Origin: Macrostomum lignano
Taxonomy: Eukaryota
DNA: 25,391 nt
Assembly: GCA_002269645.1 (NCBI GenBank)
Contig: NIVC01001098.1
Coordinates: forward strand, 413,894 to 439,284
Reading direction: 5' to 3'
Numbering within the stretch: the first letter of the stretch is position 1; each line of letters begins with the position of its first letter. The notes beneath the pieces were generated by a model. It was not told the origin of the DNA, made no database searches, and worked only from the letters and a program-made list of their open reading frames with translations. This document shows, piece after piece, positions 1 to 10,067 of this stretch. A program made the position numbers and the translations under genes.

Positions 1-1242
1 TTGTTTTTATCTTAGAAAATTAGGTAGAAAAATATAGATCATATATAAATTTAATACATGTGTTATATATTTTTTATCAACAAAAAAAATTTTCATATAT
101 CAAATTTAATACATGGTGTTCAATATATGTTTTTTGCTAGCAACGTAAAAAAAATTTTCAAAGTCATGCTGTTCCCACCTTAATATTTTGCTATTCTGTC
201 TTGCTACACGCAAAGTTGTAGAGCTATTTCTCTATTCTACTGATTTTAATTTTTGCTTGCATATTCTCTATTGTACTTTACTTTTATTTTAGCATCTATC
301 TCATATGTACCTTATTTAGCTATATCTATTGTTATTCTAGGCCCGGGATCAGAGGGTTACAGCGCACTTTGCTGGGTATTCTGCCCTGAGGTGGGTTTCT
401 CAGACTCTAAGCCTGGATTTCTCTACCCTGTGGTAGGATCTCTGCCTCCTAAAGGCGGGTTACTAGACTCCTAAGTTTAGGATTTCTCGTTCTCTGAAAA
501 CAGACTGGACTCCAATCTTGGGGCAACTCCTAAACTACTATCCACTACTCGAAATAAGTAACACGAGCAAATATGAGCCCAAGGCTGATTTCTTCTCAAA
601 TGAGAGTATTAAAGTTGTTCAGGAACAGAAGTTACTTTGCCAGGCTCCCAAGTGGCCTCTATTTATAGTAAAAACTTCTTATTGTTTCAAACAAAATATT
701 ATACAAAAAATATAGAAAATATGCAAAATATATGAAATATTCGCGTAGTATAACAATAGCGTTTGAATTTATATGTCTCTAAGAAATGTAAAACTACTTA
801 CTAAAATCAAAGCCTATTACAATTGTAATTACCTTTAAAGAAAAAATTTATGGATAGAAAGAATAAGCAATTCTAACTTGATAGAAAATTGTATATTATA
901 GCAAAAAGAAAATAATTCTAGTAAAAAGAAAACATTTATACATAGTTTAAAAATATCTTATTCTAAAAAGAAAGTATCATAATATAAAACAAAATGGTAT
1001 AGCCTTAAAAGTAAGATTAAATAGAAAATTGTTTTGGCTAAATAGAAAAGTAATTTTGGCAAAATAGAAAAGTAAAGTAAACTAAAAAGAAATTAATCTA
1101 ACTAAAAAGTTCTTTACAAAGTTTGCAAAAACCTTTAGGCAAAAACAATAAAAGATATAGAATTCTATTGTCTATTTGTAAGCTATGGCATAAGCAGTTA
1201 ATTGCTAAAAGAATTTTAATGCAAGGTAAATATATAAGATAA

Positions 1243-1900
1243 TCTCCAACTATAAAAATCAAAACTCTGTGTGTCTGTCTGTGTACAAATTACTTCGCTG
1301 TATAGACTCCCAAACCGCTCAACCAAATTACACCAAATTTTGCACCCACCCTAAATTCACTACCTTATAGACTACCTTAAAATTTCCTAAATTTGAGTCT
1401 TCCCACCTTAAAGTGCAAAAAACTGCTCAAAATGCGCAATTTTTTCACTAAATCCTCTATAGCACCACTCTACTTCCACCGATTCTCTTCAAATTGGACA
1501 CACTCAATCTTCAACTATTTTGACACAATTGTGTAAAATTTTGAGTCTTAAAGTTAATCCTAAACGGCGCTGTGCACTTTTAAAGTTAGGCTGTTTTTTT
1601 CAGTGTAGCAACCACCCCAACCTCCGCCCACCTGCCTCTCTTTCCCGATCCTGATCTGGGCCCAGATGTGTAAAAGGGGTTTCAAAATTGACTAACTTTT
1701 GGCTGCCATAAGTTTGCTCCACATGAAGCAATTGACTTCAAATTTGACACAATTCTTTATTGACTCATTCTCTGTCTAATTGTAAAGTCTCAACTCTGTA
1801 TCTCAATCAGAACAGAAACTGTAGGCATGTGAAGTCTGTCTGCTTTTTCTGTTGTTTGTTCCACTCACTCACTCATTCCCCCAGCCCAGACAAAGGGTCA
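1243..1900 (+). mobile_element. Possible non-autonomous Helitron-like element (3' end unresolved)
   Basis: Begins A|TC followed by TATAAAAATCAAAAC, a GTCT microsatellite (1270-1282) and ACCGCTCAACCAAATTACACCAAATTTTGCAC. This resembles the 5' architecture of Lep1-type non-autonomous Helitrons. Degenerate copies of the core recur near 1476-1501 and 1728-1750. No convincing 3' hairpin plus CTRR was found, so the end coordinate is approximate. Confidence 0.3.
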
Positions 1901-2446
1901 GGCGATAGGGCTCAATGTACATAGCAAATGTACAGTGTTTTGGAATAACTTTTTAATAGCCTTCTCTGTACCCCCGCGTGTGGAGAGGCTACGTTTAGCC
2001 ATGACAGTTTAGTGAGAAATTCTAACCACTGTCCTATGTATTGGCAAACTCTGCAGCAGTTTAACAGTGGATGGCAAATCAAGGGAATCCAGCATGGTTT
2101 GTATAAGCGAAAGATTTATGAAAAGGCAATGCAATGCAATACAACCCTATTAAATTAGTCACACCATGGAAATTTTAGGTTTCTCCTCAAAGTACTTTAA
2201 ATTTTAAATGTCCTAAAAATGCATATTTCCTTGGTTGTTAGACTGATGCAGACTGCAATGGAGCTGAAAATACACAATTCTTTTCAGGACTGCAAATTGG
2301 CAAGAAAGATGACATGATCAAAGTATGAGAACAGCCATGAGAGTACTACGTCTCACAAACTGGCTTTCCAAGCAGGAATGGCGAATGGGCAGACTTTTAC
2401 TTCAAAAGCCAGATAAAGAATCCAGTATCCAGCTTATGTGCAGGCC

Positions 2447-3103
2447 AGATAAGAGTGGAAAGGAGAAGGAATAGACGGAATAGAAGGAATAGAAGAGATG
2501 AAAGGCAAGAGGGGGATATGAGAAAACATTGAATATAAGAGGAGAGACAAGTGGGGAGGAGAGAGCAGAGAAGAAGGGAGGAGGAGGGGAGAAAGGAGGG
2601 AGAGGAAAGAGTAAAGGTAAGAAGAGGGGAGAGATGAGACAGAGGATCGATGAGAGGAGAGTAGAGAAGAGTGAGAAGAGAGTAGAGATGAGAAAGCAGA
2701 AAGAAGATAACAGAGGAAAGAGAGGAGTCAGAACAGGTGAAAGAGAAGAATACAGAGGAGATAAGTGAGTGAACGTATAAGAGAGTAAAGATGACAGATA
2801 AGAAAGCAGATGAACAGACAAGAGATGGGAGAGTACAGAGAACAAAGGAGAGATAAGAGAGAAGAGATTACAGAGACTAGAGGAGAGAGGAGAGACAGGA
2901 AGAGAGAAGAGGAAATAGGAGAATGAAGAGGGGAGTGAGTAGAGAGGAGAAGAGAGATTGGAGAGGAGAGAGAGAGGGAGAGAGAGAGAGAGAGAAAGTG
3001 CAGAGCAGATAGAAACGAGAAGAGATAAGAGAGAAAAAATAAAAGAAAAAAAAGAAGAGATGAAAGAGCAGACGAGAGAGAAGAGAAGAATTAGTGAAGA
3101 AAA
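2447..3103. repeat. GA-rich polypurine low-complexity tract including a (GA)n microsatellite
   Basis: About 650 bp with an overwhelmingly A/G + strand and near-pure (GA)n around 2960-2997. Confidence 0.85.
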
Positions 3104-4016
3104 ATATTCTAGCCTAGAATAAAAAGCACTTCCAGCCTTAAAGTAAAACTTTTATAGACTGAAGGTTAAGCCAATGTAGCCACGGTGGAAATTAATAAGA
3201 AAAAGAACACATGAATAGATTTTCTTCTGACTTGAATCATTCAATCAAATTTTTGCAATATAGTATTATTATTGACATCTTTCAAAGGGATTGCTCCATT
3301 TTATAAAGAAAAAACATAAAAGCTAGATTATTCACCTATTATACCAGAGGCCAAACAAGGTTGCTAACTAGAAGAATTCTAGAAAACTAGCAGTGAGTTG
3401 CATAGTGCTTCTCTAACTTAAATAGATCTTTTTAGCTTATGAATTTAATCTTATACTTGAAATTGTATTAAATGGAAATGCTAGCCAGTAATTCTATAGA
3501 GATGGAAAAGTCTGCACTTCAAATATATGCAAACTTCTAAAAAGCTCTGAAAACACTATCTCTCTTTCTCTTGGAAAGGCATATACAGTGATTTTAATAC
3601 AAAAATGAGTTAGTTGTATTGTATTGCACAGTCTAATTAACTATGGTATATGTGGGTAAACCTAACTTTATCTAATTGAAAACCATAAGTGGGATTTTTA
3701 ACAACTTAAAACCATTGAAAACTAGACCTAGGATCATTGTAAAGCAGACTTGGAATTATTATTATACTGGATTCTACTATTCTACTGGATTCGTATCCTG
3801 CATCTGATGAGCCATCTAAATCAGGACTCTCATCTTCCATGCCAAATCATCTAGCAAGTGGAATTATTCTTGAGCTATTGGTGAATACGTTGTGAATTGT
3901 ATCATACTGTATTCACCTCACTTTTACTTCTAGGCATTCAAGAATCATGACTTGTGTAGTACTGTGTATGCTCACTACAGTGTATTAAGACAATTTACAA
4001 ATTGTCTCACAGGCCG

Positions 4017-4028
4017 CCACTAGAGGGC
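4017..4028 (+). promoter_or_regulatory. CTCF-like core motif
   Basis: CCACTAGAGGGC matches the CTCF core consensus CCASYAGRKGGC at all 12 positions. This is a motif match only, with no evidence of binding. Confidence 0.25.
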
Positions 4029-4609
4029 ATAGTGATTAGCTGTTAAAACAATCTGCACAGACTATGTAAAAAAACTAGCTGGCGAGGCATTTAGCCTTAA
4101 AAATAAGGTGATAGTTACTCCTGCTGTTTACCTAAAAGTACGTTTATTTTCTTAGCTTTCTTTCATGGGTACGTCGCATTTTTTGATAGAAAACTAAGTC
4201 ACACGGCCAGTGTAATTTCAGAGGTTGCGCATGTATGTCAGCAATCCCCCCATAAGCCTGACATCTCAGCAATCCCCTTAATGGAGCTTAATGAGGATTC
4301 CCTGCAATTCCCTGCAGCTTAAGGCAATACCCAAATATTCGAGAATCAAACAAATTATTATTTTAAGACGAAGGATTAGCCATTATGGATGAAGTAGGCA
4401 TTTAAGAAAGATAATTGTATCTACCTGAATAGAGGGTAATGGGGCTGCCAAATCTTTTTAAACAACCCTACGACACTGCCAAGGTAATCACACAAGTGAT
4501 AACTAAATTCTAAGGAGACTAAAATCTTCCTGAGCAGGTTTTAGTGTCATTTTACATTCAGGTTTAAATTTTTTAAAGTATTATTTAATGAACTTAATCG
4601 TCGGTATCT

Positions 4610-6007
4610 TTGCCTAGACGATATCATATTACGAATTTTACTATGAAAGCCCTTTTTCAGGATCAAGAAGTCACAATCGCAATTACTGCTGCCGTATTTT
4701 CTACATATTTTTGTAAAGAAACTGGTCAACTCGATCGCAGATGGCTTCACGAAGTCGTATTTCCTCAGTTGCGAGAAATAAATGAATTCGGAATATTTCA
4801 TGTTAACAAAGAGATCATTCGAACAAGTCTTCGTAGGAAGGGCAGCAACAGTTATTTATTACGACTAGTTTGCGCTGAATCAGCAGGCTGCAAGACAGTT
4901 ATTACGTTGTCGATGGCAGATTTGCCTCTGATTGACAGTGTTAACTTAAGGTTGCAAAAGAAAAACGAGCACAGCGGCCACAGAGTGATTCTTCCAAACG
5001 ACAATGTCCGCCATCTGTGGGAGCATGGTTCACAAGAGTGTCGAGAATTTGTCGCGAGTAAGGCGGCATGCAAAGACGCAAGACCGACTGAAATTTACGA
5101 GGGAAGCCTGCAGCATTTTAAGTCAGGTAAAATATGTTCCTTAGCGTCAGTGCGACAAGCATGTAGTCGTATTCAGAATGCTTCTAGAAGAAGCCAAAAC
5201 GAGCACGAAGATTTGCGCAAGCAAATGTTAGATTGGAAAATATCGCTAGTATCGGAAGACGCTGTATCTGGATTTATTCAGCGTATCAGTACGGCTCCAT
5301 TTGGAGTCGTTATTTATTGCGCGGAACAACAATTTCTTTTGCGCCAATTACTTGCCAGGAATCCCTACGCTCCAGTCCACATCGACGCAACTGGTGGGCT
5401 CGTACGAAAATCGGAACTTATACCTGAAAATGTGCTGCTCTGCAGCGCAGTTGTTAGTTCTGAATCTGAATCTGTTGTGGCAACGCCAATAGCAGAGGCG
5501 GTATTGGAGTCCACGAAGACCGAAGATATATCCGCGTGGATTGAATCCTTTCTGCTCAATTTTGCCCGGTTTCAAGACCGAGGTGTTTGGGAAGTGTCAA
5601 AGGTTGGCCCGCGTATTTATGTTATCGACTTCAGCTGGGTCTTTCTCCATGGCGTTCTTCGTGCTGCTGCCATAATGGATCTAGGAACGTATTTAAGAAA
5701 GCAATTCAAGCGACTAACCTCATGGGACGTTAAACCTCCATCGTACCCACTTGTATTCATTTGCAGTTCGCATCTAATGCATCGTGTTGCAATGACGATC
5801 GCTATCAAAAACAGAGAAACGAAAAAAAACTTTCTTATCTTTTTTGCCAATCTTATTACTGCTGATAGTTTAGAAACAGCGAAGTCGGTCTGGGAGACCA
5901 TGCTTCGTCTATTTTGCAGCCAGTATGTAACGTCCGTTGTGCAAGACGCTTTCGAAGTGCTTCATCAGTACAAGCTTCCTTGCCATCTAGCTGTCATGAA
6001 TTTGTGA
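4610..6007 (+). CDS. MULE/NOF-like DDE transposase, N-terminal part (exon 1; first ATG 4643)
   Basis: 465-codon ORF. It contains a C-x5-C-x26-H-x2-H motif (4871-4981, WRKY/GCM1-like zinc-finger spacing), HIDATG (first catalytic Asp, 5384), YVIDFSW (second Asp, 5627) and the MULE CxxH signature CSSH (5762-5773). Confidence 0.8.
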   Translation: MPRRYHITNFTMKALFQDQEVTIAITAAVFSTYFCKETGQLDRRWLHEVVFPQLREINEFGIFHVNKEIIRTSLRRKGSNSYLLRLVCAESAGCKTVITLSMADLPLIDSVNLRLQKKNEHSGHRVILPNDNVRHLWEHGSQECREFVASKAACKDARPTEIYEGSLQHFKSGKICSLASVRQACSRIQNASRRSQNEHEDLRKQMLDWKISLVSEDAVSGFIQRISTAPFGVVIYCAEQQFLLRQLLARNPYAPVHIDATGGLVRKSELIPENVLLCSAVVSSESESVVATPIAEAVLESTKTEDISAWIESFLLNFARFQDRGVWEVSKVGPRIYVIDFSWVFLHGVLRAAAIMDLGTYLRKQFKRLTSWDVKPPSYPLVFICSSHLMHRVAMTIAIKNRETKKNFLIFFANLITADSLETAKSVWETMLRLFCSQYVTSVVQDAFEVLHQYKLPCHLAVMNL

Positions 6008-8265
6008 ATGAAATGCCGGATCCTGAAGAGGAAAATCAATCAGGAATTTCAGTTGATCCTCCAGATTCGGAAGCTGCTACAACACTACGATCAAGTTCAC
6101 CCTTTTCAGGAATTTTCGGTGTTCCTGAGCCAATCAATACCGAGGCAAAAGAGTTGAATCCTAACTTTTCTCTAGAGGCTATGCAAAAAGTCTTTAAACT
6201 TTATCTACCGCTTCTGCCGATTTGGAGCGTGTGTGTTTTCAAAGGAACGCCTATTAGCACGCACCTAACGAACGCACCTGTTGAATCCTGGTTTCGTTGG
6301 GTAAAAGCTAGAGTGCGTCGTAAAAGTGGCACGCGTTTGTTGATTGGAAACTTTCTACGGGCACAACTCGAATGTGTACTAGAGCGCATTAGTCGAGTCA
6401 AAAAGAATCAGCAGACTGTTCTTCCACCTCGGCGACCAAGACGTCGCAAGGTAAATGAAGAGGCACCTCACGTTCCCAAAGGGGACCCTTGGGCCTCCAG
6501 AGTTTCAAAACCCTCTTACTTAGGCGGGAAAATTGCCTCAAAGCTACCGTTTAAGTGCAGCCAACTGCGTCCTGCAAGAAAATCAGAGCACCGATTTGCT
6601 CCGAAATCTGAAACTCCAACGTGTGCACTAAGTCCGCCTGCCACTCTTTCCAAGAATACTTTTATTACTGTTAAGGCAGATAACTGCGGCGAAGAGATCA
6701 AATCCGTCTACAGAGGTTGCGTTTTCATACGCCGAGACTGCGCCAAAACTGAGATTGGCCGAGAGTGCGCAGCCACAACTGAGATTGGCCAAGAGTGCGC
6801 AGCCACAACTGAGATTGGCCGAGAGTGCGCAGCCACAACTGAGATTGGCCGAGAGTGCGCAGCCACAACTGAGATTGGCCGAGAGTGCGCAGCCACAACT
6901 GAGATTGGCCGAGAGTGCGCAGCCACAACTGAGATTGGCAAAGAGTGCGCAGCCATAACTGAGATTGGCCAAGAGTGCACAGCCACAACTGAGATTGGCC
7001 AAGAGTGCGCAGCCATAACTGAGATTGGCCAAGAGTGCGCAGCCACAACTGAGATTGGCCAAGAGTGCACAGCCACAACTGAGATTGGCCAAGAGTGCGC
7101 AGCCATAACTGAGATTGGCCAAGAGTGCGCAGCCACAACTGAGATTGGCCAAGAGTGCGCAGCCACAACTGAGATTGGCCGAGAGTGCGCAGCCACAACT
7201 GAGATTGGCCGAGAGTGCGCAGCCACAACTGAGAATGGCCGAGAGTGCGCAGCCACAACTGAGAATGGCCGAGAGTGCCCAATCAAACTGAAGCTGGCCG
7301 AGGGTGCGCAGTCGAAACGGATGATGGCCGAGAGTTCGAAGCCAAAACGAATGATCGCTGAGAGTCCGCAGTCAAAGCGGAGGATGGCTGAGAGTGCGCA
7401 GCCGAAGCGGAGGATGGCTGAGAGTCCGCAGCCGAAGCGGAGGATGGCTGAGAGTGCGCAGCCGAAGCGGAGGATGGCTGAGAGTCCGCAGCCGAAGCGG
7501 AGGATGGCTGAGAGTGCGCAGCCGAAGCGGAGGATGGCTGAGAGTCCGCAGCCGAAGCGGAGGATGGCTGAGAGTGCGCAGCCGAAGCGGAGGATGGCTG
7601 AGAGTCCGCAGCCGAAGCGGAGGATGGCTGAGAGTGCGCAGCCGAAGCGGAGGATGGCTGAGAGTCCGCAGCCGAAGCGGAGGATGGCTGAGAGTGCGCA
7701 GCCGAAGCGGAGGATGGCTGAGAGTCCGCAGCCGAAGCGGAGGATGGCTGAGAGTGCGCAGTCGAAGCGGAGGATGGCTGAGAGTGCGCAGTCGAAGCGG
7801 AGGATGGCTGAGAGTGCACAGCCGAAGCGGAGGATGGCTGAGAGCGCGCAATTCAATCCAAGGACGACAGAGAGCACGCAGCTAAAAACGAGAGTGGGCA
7901 AGAGGGCGCAACCTAAACGTAGGATGGCCAACAGTGCACAGGTCAATCGCAGACAGACTTCTGTCGAGTTAAAGAGCACTAAAAACCCTTTAGTTTCGAC
8001 GAGCATCAATCAACTTTTTCATTTTATGGACAAAAAAGAAAATTCTAAGTGTCCCGCTACGTCAAGAAAATTCATCACCAGTGACTCAAAACGCCTCAAA
8101 ATTCTTCCTACTGCCAGTGCAAAATCCAAAAAAAACAGAGATGAAAATTTTACTAAGGAAGAGCTCGTGCCTTGTTTCTCAACCCAAGAAAAGTATGGAA
8201 AATTCTGTATCAGGCGCTTCGATCGCGATTCTCTTCTTAGCGAGCGCAGTTGGATCAGTGTCACG
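5991..8265 (+). CDS. Transposase C-terminal part + repetitive linker + start of Ulp1 domain (exon 2)
   Basis: Open frame containing LYLPLLPIWS and TNAPVESWFRWVK (third catalytic residue, Glu at 6283). Two 10-aa repeat arrays follow, then LLSERSWISVT, ending at the donor ACG|GTAAGT (8266). Confidence 0.78.
6751..7278 (+). repeat. Coding minisatellite A: about 17.6 x 30 bp (EIGRECAATT)
   Basis: Unit GAGATTGGCCGAGAGTGCGCAGCCACAACT, near-identical tandem copies. Confidence 0.97.
7291..7950 (+). repeat. Coding minisatellite B: about 22 x 30 bp (RMAESAQPKR / RMAESPQPKR)
   Basis: Unit AGGATGGCTGAGAGTGCGCAGCCGAAGCGG. The copies are homogeneous at 7381-7830 and degenerate at both edges. Confidence 0.97.
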
Positions 8266-8356
8266 GTAAGTTGGTGTTGGTCTTGTGTCCTTTAAAGTCT
8301 TTTAATTACAGCTCAATTCTTAAATCCTTTTGATATGCTCAATTGACAATCAGTTC

Positions 8357-8643
8357 TGTGAATTATTTCAAAGAAAGTAAGCTTTATTTTGTAGACCGTG
8401 TTTACTGCAGAAGTAAGATTGAGGCTCCGGAAGAGCCAGTCGCTTCTATATATTTAGCGAGCACCGTACGCAAGCAACAAAGACCCTCGAGGGTCTCTCA
8501 TACATGTACGCAAACCAAAAGGGGAAAAGGAAAGGAAGGAAGGAACAGCAAGCAAGCAATGGGTGACGCATCGCGATAATGAACATTCCTACCCCACTTC
8601 CCCCAACCCCCTCTCACACCACACTACACTGTACGTCATCACA
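8357..8643 (-). mobile_element. 3' LTR of a Ty3/Gypsy-like retrotransposon (287 bp)
   Basis: On the minus strand it reads TGTGA...TCACA (5-bp terminal inverted repeat), with AATAAA about 25 nt from the end (+ strand TTTATT, 8383-8388). It is immediately preceded by a polypurine tract and lies downstream of the pol stop codon. Confidence 0.7.
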
Positions 8644-8655
8644 CCCCTTCCCACT
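8644..8655 (-). other. Polypurine tract (PPT) of the Gypsy element
   Basis: Minus strand AGTGGGAAGGGG directly abuts the TG start of the LTR. Confidence 0.7.
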
Positions 8656-8719
8656 AAGATCTTGATCACGGAAGGTGTCATCAAAAAAAGCAAAACAAGC
8701 GATCATCAGTTGCAATCAG

Positions 8720-9134
8720 TCAATTGTAGGTCAGCCTCTCCGGCTTGAATCGCAGCCTGGCCGATCTCCGCGGCACCGTCCACTCCTCGGTAGCTGCTTC
8801 AGGACCAGCATCAGCAACGCCCGTCTCTGCTGCCGGGGTCTCAGGCAACTCTGCTGTTGCGAGAGGTCGATAGTTGCCTCCTTCGGGCAGCGGCAGGATG
8901 GCGGCAGACTCGCAGGCTGCGGAGACATCAAGGGGGGCCGCCGGCACAATGGACGCCGCAGGCTTGCGTACCTTCTGTTGGTCATTGGTCCACACCCATT
9001 CGGATTCTTTCTTCATGATTCTTTCTCTCAAGGACTTGTCAGTACCGAAAAATTCACTATGAATCTTGACAAGTAATTTGCACTACCAATAAACCGTTGG
9101 AGCTGCGCTTGCTTTTCAGCACGCTGTTCGAAAC
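8720..9134 (-). pseudogene. pol: Gypsy pol remnant: RT C-terminal part fused to integrase-type C-terminal tail
   Basis: QLQRFIGSANYLSRFIVNFSVLTSP, then a 1-nt frameshift, then LRERIMKKESEWVWTNDQQK. This is joined to a low-complexity tail ending RRSARLRFKPERLTYN*, typical of Gypsy pol C-termini. No RNase H or integrase core is present. Confidence 0.8.
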
Positions 9135-9774
9135 GGGAGCACGAGAAATGCCCGCAGACAGATTGCCCGCCGAGATTTGCCCGCGGGGGATTTGCCCGTG
9201 GAGATTTGCCCGCCGAGCTTTTCCCGCGGGGATTTGCCCGCAGTGCATTTTGCCCGCGAGCGAGTTGCCCGCCGAGTTTTTTCCCGCCGAGGTTTGCCCG
9301 CAGTGCTTTTTTCCTGCAGCGCATTTAGCGACGCGGCAGATTTTGTCTGCATTGCCTTCCCAATGCTTAGTACGTGTTAATCTCAATAAAGAGATTTACA
9401 CGATCAAAACGTTTTGATAGTAACTGCATATTAAATGCATATTTTTTTGGGGGGGGGGCAATACAGACAGAATCTAGCTGCCAAATGCGCTGCAGGAAAA
9501 AAGCATTGCGGGCAAACCTCGGCGGGAAAAAACTCGGCGGGCAACTCGCTCGCGGGCAAATTAAGGGCAACTCGCTCGCTCGCTGGTGGGCACTGCGGGC
9601 AAATCTCGGCGGGCAATTTTCGGCGGGCAAATCTCCACGGGCAATTCGCTCACGGGCAAAATGCACTGCGGGCAAATCTCCGCGGGAAAAGCTCGGCGGG
9701 CAAATCTCCACGGGCAAATCTCCTGCGGGCAAATCTCGGCGGGCGGTTAGTCTGCGGGCAATTCTCATGGACCC
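9135..9774. mobile_element. 640-bp Foldback-like non-autonomous element (MITE-like, modular long inverted repeats, 9-bp TSD)
   Basis: Perfect direct repeat GTTCGAAAC at 9126-9134 and 9775-9783. The termini GGGAGCACGAGAAATGCCCGCAGAC and (reverse complement) GGGTCCATGAGAATTGCCCGCAGAC match at 21/25. The arms (9135-9356 and 9457-9774) consist of about 14-bp GATTTGCCCG-type modules around a spacer of about 100 bp. Removing the element and one TSD copy restores the RT reading frame. Confidence 0.92.
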
Positions 9775-9783
9775 GTTCGAAAC

Positions 9784-10067
9784 TGTTTGGGTGCGGCATT
9801 TCTTTGATGCTGTTTACTTTTTGTGGATCTACTTTCACACCTTTGTCAGTTAGTATGTGTCCAAGAAATCGAAGCTCAGTTTTGCCAATGCTCGTCTTTT
9901 GCCTGTTCAGAGTCAGGTTCTTTTTTCTGCATTGCTCCAAAAGATTTCGGACTGCTTGGTCGTGCTCTTCCCGAGTCTTTCCCCATACTATGATGTCATC
10001 AATATGTAGTTAGCAGATTTTTCTACCTGACTTGTCACTTCTGCAAAGAGATTCTATAGTCGATGCA
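9784..10067 (-). pseudogene. pol: Gypsy reverse transcriptase core remnant
   Basis: IDDIIVWGKTREEHDQAVRNLLEQCRKKNLTLNRQKTSIGKTELRFLGHILTDKGVKVDPQKVNSIKEMPHP. The YIDD motif is broken by a 2-nt insertion (TAC at ATT GAT GAC, 10008-9995). A CIDYR motif survives at 10067-10053, too close to YIDD, which implies a further deletion. Confidence 0.85.

Noticed and set aside
330-540. Degenerate AGACTC(C)TAAG...GGATTT repeats and 65-73 aa ORFs
   Set aside because: There are only two or three poorly conserved copies, and the ORFs use non-ATG starts with no recognisable motif.
2402-2845. Leu/Ser-rich 147-aa and Arg/Glu-rich 79-aa ORFs
   Set aside because: Their composition is dictated by the GA tract, with no splice or domain support.
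6628-8009. Long antisense and alternate-frame ORFs over the minisatellites
   Set aside because: They are by-products of 30-bp repeats lacking stop codons. Only the + frame connects to recognisable domains.
8351-8380. Mini-exon candidate CAG|TTCTGTGAATTATTTCAAAGAAA|GTAAGC
   Set aside because: It straddles the LTR end, and the direct 8265^10445 splice already restores the Ulp1 motif.
9057-10013. Multiple overlapping ORFs across the Foldback-like element
   Set aside because: GC-rich modular repeats give stop-free frames on both strands. Only the flanking RT residues are meaningful.
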